The translations under genes and the position numbers were made by a program. Positions 25,750 through 47,781 of a stretch of DNA of 64,000 nucleotides are shown here, piece after piece (positions within the stretch are counted from its first letter, which is position 1; the number at the start of each line of letters is the position of its first letter). The notes under the pieces are model-generated. The model did not search any database, had not been told where the DNA came from, and worked only from the letters and a program-made list of their open reading frames with translations. The DNA is taken from assembly GCF_009914755.1 (NCBI RefSeq), contig NC_060926.1, one strand, 5' to 3'. The DNA comes from the human T2T-CHM13v2.0 reference genome, Homo sapiens.

Positions 25750-26560
25750 CAACCTGAACGATGTGTTAATAATGCAACCTGAACTTATCTCTTGTTGGGT
25801 CAGTCAAAATCCCCAAGTCTTTTTCCCTCCAGCTCCCTTCAAGCTGGCCTCTCCGATCCTTTCTGCAAACAAGTGGAGAAAAAAAAAATTGCCCCTATAA
25901 TCTTTAGATATATGTAGACCTATTTCATAGTAGAATTATTTACTAATTATACAAATGATCAATTATGTTTATGTATATATTTTATTGTTTTGGATTTGTT
26001 CTAGATAAATGTTCAAGGAGACCATGTGGTTAACAGTGTCAATGCTTTGTAACTCTCACTATAGATACAATTATGAGGATTTTGTTTGCTTGTTGAATCT
26101 TAAATGCAGGATTTGTTGAATTCCATTTTGTTAGCTTGGGAATCCTAATTTATACAAAAGTTCCTGCCTTTGAGCCAGTCATCCAACAGTTATTACTTTT
26201 TGCATGTTTGAGAAATAAATATGTTCTTTTGTTTTTGAGGTAGACCCCAAAACAAGACTGCATGATACAGGAGAGGATAAAGGACAGAGCCCCGTGACAC
26301 ACCGGCAGAGGCCCCTTACTTACTGTTTGGTTGATAAAAATCCAGCCAATGGGCTGATCATCAAGTCCACATCAACCAACCTGTCTAAAAGTAGCAAGTA
26401 AGAGATGTTATCTAATACCTGGCTGAGGGGACAAGACACACTTGGCCAGTCCTGGAACCCAGCCATAAAGTGAGGAGATTGGCGAGAGTCCAGGCAAGGG
26501 TGCCAGTAGCTCAATGATCTGTCACAATGTGCTGTCACAAGCTGACAGTGTAGAAGGAAG
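25750..26560 (-). mobile_element. Probable L3/CR1 LINE fragments
   Basis: Motifs such as AGGACAGAGCCCCGTGACACACC and GATGTTATCTAATACCTGGCTGA resemble the reverse complement of CR1 RT. Confidence 0.45.
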
Positions 26561-26771
26561 GTGTTCTTACCTAAGGGGATCTCCTAAACACCCAGGATAT
26601 AAAGACAATTTCCTAGATTTTCTTTTTGGACTGATATTTAAAACATATATATATATTTCAGTTTTAATTCATCAGGAGCCTATTTTTGTATATGGTGTAG
26701 TTAGGAGATCCATGTTTTATCCCCTTAGTTAATGTGTGATTGTGCTAGCGCCTTCCATTACTAATAGTTTA

Positions 26772-26855
26772 TCATTTATTTATTTTTAACTTTTACTTTA
26801 GGTTCAGGGGTACACGTGCAGTTTGTTATATAGGCAAATTGTATATCATGAGGGT
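26772..26855 (-). mobile_element. Very short L1P(A/B) 3'-end insertion
   Basis: TTTTAACTTTTACTTTAGGTTCAGGGGTACACGTGCAG is the reverse complement of an L1P 3' terminus. It is flanked by AATAGTTTA at 26763-26771 and 26860-26868. Confidence 0.75.
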
Positions 26856-27241
26856 AACCAATAGTTTAAATCATATCTTTAGTATTTTAAAATATTTCTA
26901 CCTATATTTATAAGATATATTGATTTATCCTTTTTATCATTTTATTGTTATAAAACTTTACATTAAAGTGACATTAGCTTTGTAAAATAAATTAAGGATA
27001 CTGTCACATTTCCATCATTTGGAATAAATCAAATGACATTGGAATTAACTGAGAGCTGGGACTTGGTTATGAAACCATCTGATCCCAGGGGCCCTTTTCA
27101 ATGGTATAAATGATCTTTTCAGATTCATCTGTGGTAATTGGTGTATTCAAGGTTTCTACTTCTTGGTTTAATTCTGGTAATAGGTATTTGCAAGGAAACT
27201 ATCTGTTTCTGAGTATGTTGCAGTAGAGTTATGAGTGTTAG

Positions 27242-27543
27242 TTTTTTTTGTTTGTTAGTTTGTTTTTTGAGACGGAGTCTTGCTCTGTCACCCAGGCCGG
27301 AGTGCAATGGCATGATTGACTCACTGCAACCTCCACCCCCGGGTTCAAACAACTCTCCTGACTTAGCCTCCCGAGTAGCTGGGATTACAGGCATGTGCTA
27401 CCATGTTCAGCTAATTTTTGTCTTTTTAGCAGAGGCAGGATTTCACCATGTTGGCCAGACTGGTCTCAAACTCCTGACCTCAGGTTATCCACCTGCCTCA
27501 GCCAAAGTGCTGGGATTACAGACATGAGCCACTGTGTCCAGCC
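27242..27543 (-). mobile_element. AluS
   Basis: Full reverse-complement Alu with a (TTTG)-type tail and diverged TSD ATGAGTGTTA/ATGAACGTTA. Confidence 0.95.
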
Positions 27544-27824
27544 ATGAACGTTAATCTTTTGCAATAGTCTTACCTCTCTCTGTGTCTGGAATTATCCGAC
27601 TTTCTCATTCTACTCATGCAGACTTTTACTGTTTCTTTTTCCCTTTATCAGTCTCTTAAGAAGTTTATATCGTTGGTCTTTTCAATGAAATGCTTTTGGA
27701 TTTGTTTATCCTTTCTACTATGTTTTGGTTTTCATTTTATTAGTTTCAGCCTTGATCTTTATTGACTTCCTCTCCCAACTCTTTGTGGTTTAGTTTGTCT
27801 TTACTCATTTTTCAAAATGAGAAC

Positions 27825-28268
27825 TGTTAGGGGTTGAATCGTGTCCTCCCAAAAGGATATGTTGGAACCCTAACCACCGGGGCCACAGAATGTGACTTCA
27901 TTTGGAAATAGGGCTATTGCAGATGTAATTAGTTAAGATGAGGTCATACTAGTGTAGGATGGTGCCTTTAATCCAATGTGATGGGTGTTCTTAGACAAAC
28001 ACAGCTCTGTGAAGACACAGAGAGACAGGGAGAATGCTGCAGAATGGAGGCAGAACTTAGAATATTCATGCTACCATGTGCCAAGGAATGCTTGGTCTAT
28101 CAGAAGCTGGGAGAGGCAAGGATCTTTCCCTGGAAGCTTTGAGGGAGCATGGCCTGGCTACCACCTTGATTTCAGTCTCTCAGCCTCCAGAACTGTGAAG
28201 CAATACATTCTGTTGTTTGAAGCCACCCAGTTTGTGGTACTTGTTGTGGCAACCAATAAGCTAATAAA
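27825..28268 (+). mobile_element. MLT1B/C MaLR solo LTR
   Basis: TGTTAGGGGTTGAATCGTGTCC...TTTGGAAATAGGG...CCTCCAGAACTGTGA...TTTGTGGTACTTGTT. Confidence 0.85.
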
Positions 28269-28849
28269 ATTACTAAATTCCTTTATTTTTTCAGTTTTTT
28301 ATGTCAATAATGAATGTGTTTAAATTTTCTTTTGAGTATGCTTGGCTTTTAGGGAGAATTGTTGATCTTTTCACTTTCCATATGAATTATAATTTTAGTT
28401 TGATTTTGTTTGGTCCAAAGTTTATCTAGCTCTTTGTTTCATAATTGCCATGTAAAGAAATTAATTTATCCTTTTATTATTGATTTATTTTATTAAATTA
28501 TTATTAGAATACATGACTTGTCAAGTTCCTAAGTTTTAAATTTTTTAAGCTTTTCTTTGTGCCTAAAAAATCATCAATTTTTTTTCAGTGTTATATGGGC
28601 AAATGGAAAAATGCATGTTCTCTTTTGAGGAATGTAATGTTCCAGTACATCTACTGACTGATTTTCTTGATCATTGATCAGTTTATTATATTTTTCTATA
28701 TTGCTACTGGTGTTAACATGGTTCAATTTTGTAAGTGGCATTTTAGGATTTCCCTCTACGGCAGTATTTTAATTAATTTTTAAAATTCTAAATTAAACTT
28801 TTAATTTTGATTTAATTATGCATACACACACAGTCGTAAGAAAAAATAT

Positions 28850-31620
<2,771 letters not shown>

Positions 31621-31646
31621 ATAAAAATAGGCTGGAAGGTGGATGG

Positions 31647-31656
31647 CAAGATGGCC
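31647..31656 (+). promoter_or_regulatory. L1 5'UTR YY1 site
   Basis: CAAGATGGCC at the canonical position near the L1 5' end. Confidence 0.7.
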
Positions 31657-32951
31657 AAATAGAAACAGCTCCGGTGTGCAGCTCCCAGCGAGATCAATGC
31701 AGAGGCATTTCCAACTGAGGTACCTGGCTCATCTCATTAGGACTGGTTAGACAGTGGGTGCAACCCATGGAGGGCGAGCTGAAGCAGGGTGGGGTGTCAC
31801 CTCACCTGGGAAGTGCAAGGGGTCAGGGAACTCCCTCCCCTAGCCAAGGGAGGGTGTGAGGGACTGTGCTGTGAGGAATGGTGCACTCCAGCCCAGACAC
31901 TAAGCTTTTCCCATGGTCTTCACAACCCACAGACCAGGAGATTCCTTGGGTGCCTGCACCACCAGGGCCCTGGATTTCAAGCACAAAACTGAGCAGTCAT
32001 TTGGGCAGACACCGAGCTAGGTGCAGGAGTTCTTTTTCATACCCCAGTGGTGCCTGGAACGCCAGTGAGCGAGAACAGTTCACTCCCCTGGAAAGGAGGC
32101 TGAAGCCAGGGAGCCAGGTAGTCTAGCTCAGCAGATTCCAGCCCCAGGGAGCCCAGCAAGCTAAGATTCACTGGCTTGAAATTCTTGCTGCCAGCACAGC
32201 AGTCTGAAGTTGACCTGGGATGCTGGAGCTTGGTGGGGGGAGGGGCATCCATTATTACTGAGGCTTGGGTAGGCAGTTTTCCCCTCACAGTGTAAACAAT
32301 GCCGCAGGGAAGTTCAAACTGGGCGGAGCCCACCACAGAGAGCTGTAGCCAGACTGCCTCTCTAGATTTCTCCTCTCTGGGCAGGGCATCTCTGAAAGAA
32401 AAAGCAGCAGCCCCAGTCAGGGGTTTAGAGATAAAACTCCCATCTCCCTGGGACAGAGCACCTGAGGGAAGGGGTGACTGTGGGCACAGCTTCAGCAGAC
32501 TTAAATGTTCCTGCCTGCCAGCTCTGAAGAGAGCAGCTAATCTTCCAGCACAGCACTTGAACTCTGCTAAGGGACAGACTGTCTCCTCAAGTGGGTCCCT
32601 GACCCCCATGTCTCCTGACTGGGAGACACCTCCCAGCAGGGGTCAAAAGACGCCTTATAAAGGAGAGCTCTGGCTGGCATCTGGTGAGTGCCCGTCTGGG
32701 ACAAAACTTTTAGAGGAAGGAACAGGCAGCAATCTTTGCTGTTCTGTAGCCTCTGCTGGTGATACACAGACAAACAGGGTCTGGAGAGGACCTCCAACAA
32801 ACTCCAGCAGACCTGCAGCAGAGGGACCTGTTAGAAAGAAAACTAACAAACAGAAACGAATAGCATCAGCATCAACAAAAACGACATCCACTCAAAAACC
32901 CCACCCAAATGTCACCATCATCAAAGACCAAAGATATATAAATCCACGAAG

Positions 32952-33977
32952 GTGAGGAAAAACCAGCACAAAAAGGCTAAACATTCCAAAAACCAGAAAA
33001 TCTCGTCTCCTTCAAAGGATCACAACTGCTCGCCAGCCAGGGAACAAAACTGGATGGAGAATGAGTTTGACGAATTGATAGAATTAGGCTTCAGAAGGTG
33101 GGTAATAACAAACTCCTTTGAGCTAAAGAAGCATGTTCTAACCCAATGCAAGGAAGCTAAGAACCTTGAAAAAAGGTTAGAGGAATTGCTAACTAGAATA
33201 ACCAATTTGGACAAGAACATAAATGACCTAATGGAGCTGAAAAACACAGCACAAGTACTTGGTGAAGCACATACAAGTATCAATAGTTGAATTGATCAAG
33301 TGGAAGAAAGGATATCAGAAATTGAAGATCAACTTAATGAAAGAAAGCATGAAGACAAGATTAGAGAAAAAAGAATAAAAAGGAACTAACAAAGCCTCCA
33401 AGAAATATGGGACTATGTGAAAAGACCAAACGTACCTTTGATTGGTATACCCTGAAAGTGACAGGGAGAATGGAACCAAGTTGGAAAGCACTTTTCAGGA
33501 TAGTATCCAAGAGAACTTCCCCAGCCTAGCAAGACAGGCCAACATTCAAATTCAGGAAATACAGAGAACAACACAAAGATACTGCTCAAGAAGGGCAATC
33601 CCAAGACACATAATCGTCAGATTCACCAAGGTTGAAATGAAGGAAAAAATGTTAAGGGCAGCCAGAGAGAAAGGTTGGGTTACCCACAAAGGGAAGCCCA
33701 TCAGACTAACAGTGGATTTCTGCAGAAACCCCATAAGCCAGAAGAGAGTGGAGGCCAATCTTAAACATTCTTAAGGAAAAGAATTTTCAACCCAGAATTT
33801 CATATCCAGCCAAACTAAGCTTCATAAGCAAAGGAGAAATAAAATCCTTTACAGACAAGCAAATGCTGAGAGATTTTGTCACCACCAGGCCTGCCTTACA
33901 AGAGCTCCTGAAGGAAGCACTAAATATGTAAAGGAAAAACCGGTTACCAGCCACTGCAGAAACATACCAAATTATAA
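32952..33977 (+). pseudogene. Disrupted L1 ORF1p
   Basis: Peptides EQNWMENEFDEL..., ENFPSLARQANIQIQEIQRT and PRHIIVRFTKVEMKEKMLRAAREK. Start is GTG, with internal stops and frameshifts. Confidence 0.92.
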
Positions 33978-34039
33978 AGACCATAGACACTATGAAGAAA
34001 CTGCAGCAACTAATGGGCAAAATAACCAGTAGCATCATA

Positions 34040-36873
<2,834 letters not shown>

Positions 36874-36876
<3 letters not shown>

Positions 36877-37003
36877 CTATCATGGGAAAGACTGGCCCCC
36901 ATTCTTCAATTACCTCCCTCTGGGTCCCTCCCACAACATGTGGAAATTCTGAGAGATACAATTCAAGTTGAGATTTTGGTGGGGACACAACGAAATCATA
37001 TCA
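36874..37003 (-). mobile_element. THE1 LTR fragment (~130 bp) fused to the truncated L1
   Basis: TTCACTATCATGGGAAAGAC...GGGTCCCTCCCACAACATGTGG...GGGGACACA...CATATCA. Confidence 0.88.
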
Positions 37004-37009
37004 AACATT

Positions 37010-38879
<1,870 letters not shown>

Positions 38880-38988
38880 ATCATTTTACTTTTAATAGAC
38901 ATCTAGGTTGTTTTTCTCCTACATTTTAAATATTTTTGCCTCACGTGTTTATCTCGCGTATGTTTAGAATACACTGATAAAATCCTAC

Positions 38989-39500
38989 TGTATCTTCATG
39001 ATAAAGTGACTCATCGTTCTCTAAAGATGTTTATGTCCAGATCGTTGGAAGCTGTGAATATATTCCCTTATGTAATGAAAAGGACTTTGCGGATGTTACC
39101 AAGTCAAGGATCTTGGGACGGGGAGATTATCCTGAATTATCTGGGTAAACCCAATGCAATCACAAGGATCTTCAAAAAAGAGGCAAGAGAACCAGAAGGG
39201 AAAAGGGTGATGTGATGATGAAGGCAGATGAGAGAGCTGGAGATGATTTGTTGCTGGCTTTGAAGATGTAGGAAAAGCCCAGAGCCAGGGAATGCAGGCA
39301 GCCTCTGGAAGGTCGAAAAGGGCAGGGAAACCAATTCCCTCCAGACTCTCTGGAGGGAGCACAGCCCTGCCAACACCTTGTTTTGATTTTTTAACAAATA
39401 TCAAACTGCTGACCTCCAAAACTGTAAGATAATATATTTGTGTTACTTTCAGCCACTAAGTTTGTGATAATTTGTTACAGCAGCGTAGGAAAGTAGTAGA
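38989..39500 (+). mobile_element. MLT1D-like MaLR solo LTR
   Basis: AAAAGGACTTTGCGGATG, GGGAGATTATCCTGAATTATC and CCACTAAGTTTGTGATAATTTGTTACAGCAGC. Confidence 0.87.
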
Positions 39501-39606
39501 ATCTACTTAATACGTTTTGCCTTCATCATTCAATCACGTTCACTTTGCCCTCTTTCTCCTTCTAAGTACTTGTAACCTTAAATCCAACCATCTCTAGTGT
39601 TATTAT

Positions 39607-39860
39607 TGTGCTCAGGGGTTTCCAAGCCCACCTCAGTCCTGAAGATTTGCCAGAAGGACTCATAGGACTGAGGAAATACGTCCTCCTCATGACTGTGGCC
39701 TGGTGAAAGGAGACAGATTAAAATCAACAAAGGGAAAAGGAGCATGGCGTGGAGTCCAGGAGAAACCAGGTGCAAGCGTCCAGGTGTCTTCTGCCAATGG
39801 AGGCATTTAGATGCACCAAATTCTCCCAGGAATGAGGTAAGACAACTCGTGGGAAGTGTT
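39607..39860 (-). mobile_element. MER21-family LTR fragment
   Basis: GATTTGCCAGAAGGACTCA...GATTAAAATCAACAAAGGGAAAAGG...GTCCAGGAGAAACCAGG. Confidence 0.72.
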
Positions 39861-40033
39861 TTAGAGATATGTAAGGAGGAGGAGAATCCTACATCCAGCC
39901 AAGATGCCAGCCACTCTTCGGAGTGGTCTATGGAGACAACCAAGGAGGAAGATGTGTTATTGCCCGCATGCCCCATCTGAGGAGGAGACATCACACTAAT
40001 AATGACCTCTAAAGATAGGGGAAACAGTGGTGA

Positions 40034-40396
<363 letters not shown>

Positions 40397-41291
40397 TAAT
40401 ATAGGGTCTACACACAAGAATTCTTAAAATAGAAAACATGTATTCCTGGGAAATTACAATCATATTCTGAAATGATAATTACTAAATGCTTTCAGAAAAA
40501 TCTAGCGGTGAGGGATTGGAGAAGCAGAGGGGAAAGTAAGTCACTTTAAACATGTAGCCTAGGCTGACGGGGAGAGAGTAGGGGCATGGTGTGTTCCACA
40601 GGTCATGCTGGGGGCTGACAGTAGAAAGGGAATGGAGTTCCTGGAGAGGGAATAGTTGTAAATTATTTTCGTATACAATAAAGAAATAGAGTTGATTCTG
40701 AATGCCGGAAGAGATAAAGGGAACACTGATAGAATGGAAATATACAACCAAATGCCCACATTAACAAAGTGGGGAAAGAAAATGTATATCCAAGAGATCA
40801 CACTAGCAAACACTAGGAAGAGGGAAAAATAATAAACAACAGAATAAAATAAGTCATAAGCATAAGGTTACATTAAGACATTAAAATAGAATACGTAAGC
40901 TTCTCCTTCCTCACACTCAGTGTTTTCTTGGCTCAGGGAAGTGACTCTCTGTTGTCTGTTGATCGTCTCTCTCCCATCTGCGGCTTTCAAACTCCTTCAA
41001 GAACTCCTATTATTTGCATGTTAGTTGCCTAGATCTGTCCTCCAGGTCTCTCTGCTTCCCTCCTGATTTCCATCACTCTGTGCTGCATCTCCATAGTTGC
41101 ACCTGTTTCTTCTTCCATTTGGTGTTGATCAGCTGGTGGTGACCAGCTCGCTTGCTCCAGGCCTCAACAGCAATTTTAACAGACTATTTGGAGTCATCTA
41201 CCGAATTTTTGACTTGAAAATATTTTTTAGTTCTAGGGTACCTTTTTTGCACTTGGAAATCTTCAAGTGTTCTTATGTCTTTTTGGTTCAA

Positions 41292-41470
41292 GAGGTAGCA
41301 TACTGTAGTGGTTCACAGAGTGGGTTCTGGAGCCAGACTTAAAGTGCCTGGGTTCAAATCCTAGCTGGGCCTCTTCCCCACCATGAGATCATTGACAAGT
41401 TACTTAATCTCTCTGTACTTCCATTTTCCTATCTGTAAAATAGGGGAGAATAGGAGTGGAGTAGTTATAT
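41292..41470 (+). mobile_element. MIR SINE
   Basis: CTGGAGCCAGAC...CTGGGTTCAAATCC...GACAAGTTACTTAATCTCTCTG...ATCTGTAAAAT. Confidence 0.85.
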
Positions 41471-41695
41471 GAAAAACTAGAACTTCTTCATAATCTCCAT
41501 TTTCTGTGTCCTACTCTGTGACCACAATTTTCATCTTCCTAGCTGACTTCTTCAACTATCACAACTCTGATTATCCTTGGGCCCTACTTGGCTTTCTGTC
41601 ATTCTACCCAAGCTTCAAGACTACTGTAAGTAACTATATAATAAGTAACTTTACCCACTCCTTGCATGCATCATCAAGTCCCTGCCCCATCTCAC

Positions 41696-41988
41696 TTTTT
41701 TTTTTTTTTCAGACGGAGTCTCTCTGTAGCCCAGGTTGGAGTGCAGTGGCACGATCTCGGCTAACTGCAAGCTCCACCTCCTGGGTTCATGCCATTCTCC
41801 TGCCTCAGCCTCCTGAGTAGCTGGGACTACAGGCGCCCACCACTACGCCCGGCTAATTTTTTGTATTTTTAGTAGAGATGGAGTTTCACCGTGTTATCCA
41901 GGATAGTCTTGATCTCCTGAACTCCTGATCCATCCCCCTCAGCCTCCCAAAGTGCTGGGATTACAGACGTGAGCCACAGCACCCAGCC
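41696..41988 (-). mobile_element. AluY-like
   Basis: Y diagnostics GCAAGCTCC and GCCATTCTCC. TSD TCACTTTTT on both sides. Confidence 0.95.
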
Positions 41989-42338
41989 TCACTTTTTTAC
42001 TTTACACAATTACAACTCTGGTTATACAAAACCCTTCTCCCATGCACCTGTGCATTGGACCATGGGTGCAGAAGAAACCATATCTGAGCTGATTGGTGTC
42101 TCTTCAAATTTTGTCCACAGGCTTCTGTGGACCCTTCCTGCCTCCTGGCCTTGGTGCTACATTTTCCTTCACTCCCAGCTCCCCACCCTACCCCCATTTT
42201 CACTTCCCACTTCTGGCCAATCATTCACAGTGGAAAAGCTTCCACTTTGGTTGAAACTGGGTGAATTGAGTCCCTTGGTTTGTAACAGAGTTCACTTTTG
42301 GAGCTCCTCTAGCATCTGATACAATTTGTTTTTGCTAC

Positions 42339-42613
42339 TGCTACAGTCTGAATGTTTATGTCTCCCCCAAATTCCTCTGTTGAAATCCTCACACGTTAGA
42401 TGATGGTATTAGGAGGTGGGGTCTTTGGAAGGTGATTAGGTCATGTGGGCAGAACCATCTCTGAAGCAGGAAGTGGGACCTCAGCAGACACCCAATATGA
42501 CGGTGCCTTGATCTTGGGCTTCCACCCTCCAGAACTGTGAGAAATACCTCTCTGTTGCCTATGCAGTACCAGTCTATAGCCTTTTGTTGTAGCAGCCCGA
42601 GTGGGCCAAGGCA
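42339..42613 (+). mobile_element. MLT1A-type solo LTR with an internal deletion
   Basis: TGCTACAGTCTGAATGTTT...GGTATTAGGAGGTGGGG...TAGCAGCCCGA. TSD GCTAC/GCCAC. Confidence 0.87.
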
Positions 42614-44273
42614 GCCACACTGAGAGGGCCTGAGATGAGCAAAGGGCTTAACCCATCTATGTGCTTGATGTTTTAATTTGAACAAGAAGACTTGTTTTGA
42701 AAATTTCTATGTGAGACAACATCTTGACAACATCATGACAACATCACTTCTGAGCATCTGCTCTATGCTTCAGGGTGATTGATGGCAGTGCCTGTCTCTG
42801 GGTTGCATTTGCATAGTTTTCAGGAATAGGTTTCAAATTACCAGTGTGGGGATCAAAATTGACAAGTGGTGAAATGCCCTGCCCTACCATGAAGGACTAG
42901 GAGCGCAAGATAAATTAGCTCCTGCACACACATGCTCCAGTGAGAGGAATGTACTTTGTGAATCCAGGAAATATAGTCTGGGGATAAAATATTTCTCCCA
43001 TTTTCTTTCCAGGAAAGGAACATCATATCTGACTTCAGGGAACTGCTGGTCATGCTCATTGACAATTGCATGTTACAATGGGATGTTTTTCTTTGGACTA
43101 TTTGCTGTTTCCCAGAATTTCTCCACAGCAGACCACTCCCATTGGGAAGGGGATTCCCTGTGGATTAACAGGCTCCAGTGTCTGGGAAATCGTGCCTGAG
43201 GAGTGAACAGCCAGACCATTGTGGGCAAAAAGTTTTAGGAACTTATGAAAGGCAGGTTTCAAAGGGTAGTCCCAGGGAGCCCGGGACTCACTCACTGGGC
43301 TGTGACTGGACCTTGGAGCTGCGCTGCTGAATGACCCCTCAGGAGGGAGCAAAGCCCCTCGCTTCAAATCAACAGAGCATAGGGAGAAGCCAGGGTGGTG
43401 AGCAGAGGTGGGGACACTGTTATGGGTGGGGCCCTCTCCCATTTTAGTTGTTGCTACCAGTGGGACAGTTTGCACCTCCCAAGGAATTGCTTACCTGGGC
43501 TGTTCGGAAGGCAGAATGGTGTGTGTGTCTATGGGCTGTAGCAGACAGAGGTGTTCATTCTCTCCGGACTCTTGCCAGGATCTCTCAGTCTTGAGCCCAA
43601 ACTAAGTGACCAGGAAGCATATGTGGAGAGGATGCATGGGCCGTGCATCTCCTGGCAGCTCCCAGCATCCTAACTCCAATGTGCCCAGGCAGGGTGTCAG
43701 GAGGGGAGTGGAAGGAGCTCCTTTTCCTTCTTGGGACCTTTGTTAGAAGAGAGGAATGCCACTCTGCTGTTTGAGCACTGAAAGCCAGTTGAACTCATGC
43801 TTTCTCAACTCTGGTTGCCTTTAAAACAAATACACTTGCCTGAGTTGGACGCTGTCATTAGGTAATTCCAGTGTGCAGTCAGAGACGAGCTGGGAGCAGG
43901 GGTGGGGGACATAATCTCAGTCCCCAGGTGCCCTTCCATTTTCCTTCTTACAATGCCTTCTTTCTCTTGTGTCCCTGGGCTGGAGAAGACTTTAATGTCA
44001 GAGACAAATTACTTCCAAACCTTTTCAACCTTCTCCTTAGTTGTCAGAAGAAAGGTGCCCAGCACCAGGGCACCATGAGTGGGAAATCTGGGTGGAGCTG
44101 GGACCATGTGCCAGGCCCCTTCCTTTCTGATGCTCATTTATCCCCCAGCTCTGCATGGACAACATGACTTTATAGCCAAGAAGACTTAAGAATAGTAGCA
44201 CCATACCCTGATCTCTGTCTTCCTGCTCTAGATACCTGAGGAAAAGGTCAGCAGAATAGACATAATTACCCAG

Positions 44274-44645
44274 TGTATTAGTTTGTTCTCACACTGCTAT
44301 AAAGAAATATCCAAGACTGGGTAATTTATAAAGAAAGGAGGTTTAATTGACTCATGGTTCTGCATGGATGGGGAGGCCTCAGGAAATTAGCAATCATGGC
44401 AGAAGGGGAAGCAGGCATGTTTTACATGGTGGCAGGCAAGAGAGAAGAGTGAAGAGAAGTCAGATAAGCCCCTTTTAAAACCGTCAGATCTCAGGAGAAC
44501 TCACTCACTATCACGAGAACATGTGGGGGAAACCACCCCCATGATCCAGTCACTTCCCACCAGGTTCCTCCCTCAACATGTGGGGATTATGGGGATTGCG
44601 ATTCAAGATGAGATTTGGGTGGGGACAAAGAGCCAAACCATATCA
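44274..44645 (-). mobile_element. THE1D-like solo LTR
   Basis: Runs TGTATTAG...CCATATCA. Perfect TSD CCCAG at 44269-44273 and 44646-44650. Confidence 0.95.
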
Positions 44646-45574
44646 CCCAGGATAACTTTCTGGCACCAAACTAGGGTGAAAAGGTAAAAACATAGAGAGC
44701 TCTCCAGTGATGGCAGCCATTTCTCAGGTTCTAGCTACTCAATGAGACCTGTGCACCAATGGATCCCTGTCCCACCACACCCCTTTGCTTATTCCCCACC
44801 TCTGTGGAGGTGGAGAGTGGATGGCAGGGTGGTTTCTAGAGCAGAAGTTCCTTACCTGCGAATCTGAGGTCAGGGAAAGGACATCCTGTGTCACTGTGCA
44901 CTCACCTCCACTCTGGGGAATTACTGTTTTATTTCAGTGAATACATGAATATTTATAAGGACTGTATTTTGTTCATTCCTGACCTTAGCCCTTAAACTAA
45001 TCTTTTCATAAGATACAAAGAGCCTCATAGAACTGTTCAGAGGTTTATTGTGCAAACAGTCTCATAAACTCACACTACAAAGACAGGGGCCAGGTTTTGA
45101 GTTCTTGGATGACTCACCCACCCTGCCCATCCCCTGGCCACTTGGCTTTGGGTCCAGGAAGAGCTGAGGGGGTTTGGAGGGAAGGAGAAGTTTGGGAGAT
45201 GACCCCAATGCCCTTCCCACCCACTCCCACCAACAACCTACTTCCTCTTTTGAGCCAAGCAGCAATAGCAGGCTTGGCTGGCAGGTGGGTGGGGATGGGA
45301 CAGGTCTTGGTCCTGTGGGACTCTCCACTGGGCAGGATGAAAGTCTGGGGAGTAGAGCCTAGAGCCATGGGGGAGGGAGAGAGTTTGTTGATGGAGATCC
45401 TGGACCTCTCAGAGTGGTGTCAGCAATGGCTGAGTGAGTCCTGGGGAGGACCTGCTGGTCTTTCTCCCTTGAGTGCCGCTCGTGAGTGGACTAGGAATTT
45501 GAGACCTCTCTACCCCGAGACTTGTAAAGTAAGAGGCTTAGCAGCTGAAAAATAGCAATACTAAATCTCACTCC

Positions 45575-45780
45575 AACCGTGCTCTAGGAACTGTTATAAG
45601 CACTTTTATAAACTCATTGAATTGTCCTAACAATCCTGAAGTAGGTTCTATTATGACCCCATTTTACAAATGAGAGAAGTAAGGCACAGAGAAGATAAGT
45701 GGCTTGCATCAGGTCACACAGCTAGCAAGTGGCAGAGCTGGGATCACCAATCAGGCTGCTTAGCTCTAACCACTACTCAC
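45575..45780 (-). mobile_element. MIR SINE
   Basis: CCCATTTTACAAATGAG...AGGCACAGAGA...GGTCACACAGCTAGCAAGTGGCAGAGCTGGGA. Confidence 0.88.
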
Positions 45781-46744
45781 ACTGTGTCTCTGGGTTGGTT
45801 TGTGACTCATTTATTGCTTGCTGCTGGTATCCTTTGCACTCATCAAAGGAAAATAAACATCTTCCTTATTCCATATTCAAAAACAAAGTCTAGCTAAATT
45901 AAACACAAATATAAAAATAATTAAATAAAAATTATAGAAGAAAACAATGCAGTTATGTTTTACCCTTACAATAGGAGAGACTTTTAAAAGCCAAAACAAC
46001 ACATCTAGAATGTATATTAGAAAAGACAGATGTGTTTGATTACACAAAATTTTCTGGAGGTCAAATTATACTATAAGTAGAATTTAACTGGATAATGATA
46101 AAATGAGGGGAGGAGATTTTTTATTGAAAGATTGCTAAGAGAAACATAAAATTTGAGAAAAAATTAGTAACAAGTAGAAAAATGGGCAAAATACATGAAT
46201 GGACAGTTCATATTCACAAAAGCAAATTGAAAGGCTGTTAAAGATATAAAAAGATATAGAACTTCATAAGTAGCAGGGAAATACAAATTAGAATAATGTA
46301 ATTTATAAAAATTAGAAGAGTGACACCCATCATTGATAAAAATTGGGTTAAGTTTTCATATACCACTGGAAAAATAAATTGTGTAGACTTTTTGGAAAGC
46401 AATATAGCAGTGACTATTAAAACTAAAAATATGAATATATGGAATCAACTTAAGTGTCCCTCTGTTGATAAATGGCTGAAGAAAATATGGTGTATACATA
46501 CACAATGGAATATTACTTAGCCATAGAAAAGGAAATCCCATCATTTGTGACAACACAGATAAACCTTAAGGACATTGTGGTGAGTGAAATAAGCCAGACG
46601 AATACGGCATGATCCCATTTATTTTTAGAATCTAAAAAAGTTGAATTCATAGAAGCAGAAAGAGTGTCAAAGGATGGTTCCAGAGGCTGAGTTAGGGGGC
46701 ACAAATGAAGACATGTTTGTCAAAGGATGCAAAATTTCAGATAG

Positions 46745-47071
<327 letters not shown>

Positions 47072-47120
47072 TAACATGGAGATTACAGTTAATAACAATG
47101 TATTATATTCTTAAAAATTG

Positions 47121-47368
<248 letters not shown>

Positions 47369-47781
47369 TTAGATTTTGTGTTCTCACTGCGAAAACGACA
47401 AGTATGTGAGGCAAGGCACATGTTAATTAGATCAATTTAGCCATTCCACAATGTATACATATTTCAAAACATCACATTGGGCACTATAAATATATACAAC
47501 TTAAAACAAATAATTTATTTAAAAGATAAATAAAAATATGACATAACTTTCTTTCCAGCAATCTTACTTCTGGCACTATATCCTATGAAAATAGAAGCAC
47601 CAACATGTAAGGATTTATGTACCTAAATTTTGTGTCAAGAACTGGATGCAAGACCAAAGTCCATCAGTGGAAAAATGTTTGAAAAACCTTCATTCATCCA
47701 GATAGTGGAATATCATGCAGCCACTGGAAACATGAGTCAGACTGATACCAGTGACTAGGAAAGATTGTCACGATATGTTCC

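Larger units (their letters stand above)
26620..28760 (-). mobile_element. L1ME ORF2 remnants, antisense, with nested insertions
   Basis: T-rich reverse-complement ORF2 motifs such as TTATGAAACCATCTGATCC and TTTATATCGTTGGTCTTTTC. Confidence 0.6.

Noticed and set aside
32037-32955. 190-aa and 218-aa ORFs
   Set aside because: They lie in the GC-rich L1PA 5'UTR, where chance open frames are common.
45062-45555. Cluster of ORFs (62-152 aa) in non-repeat sequence
   Set aside because: G-rich sequence with non-ATG or weak starts, no recognisable domain and no supportable splice structure.
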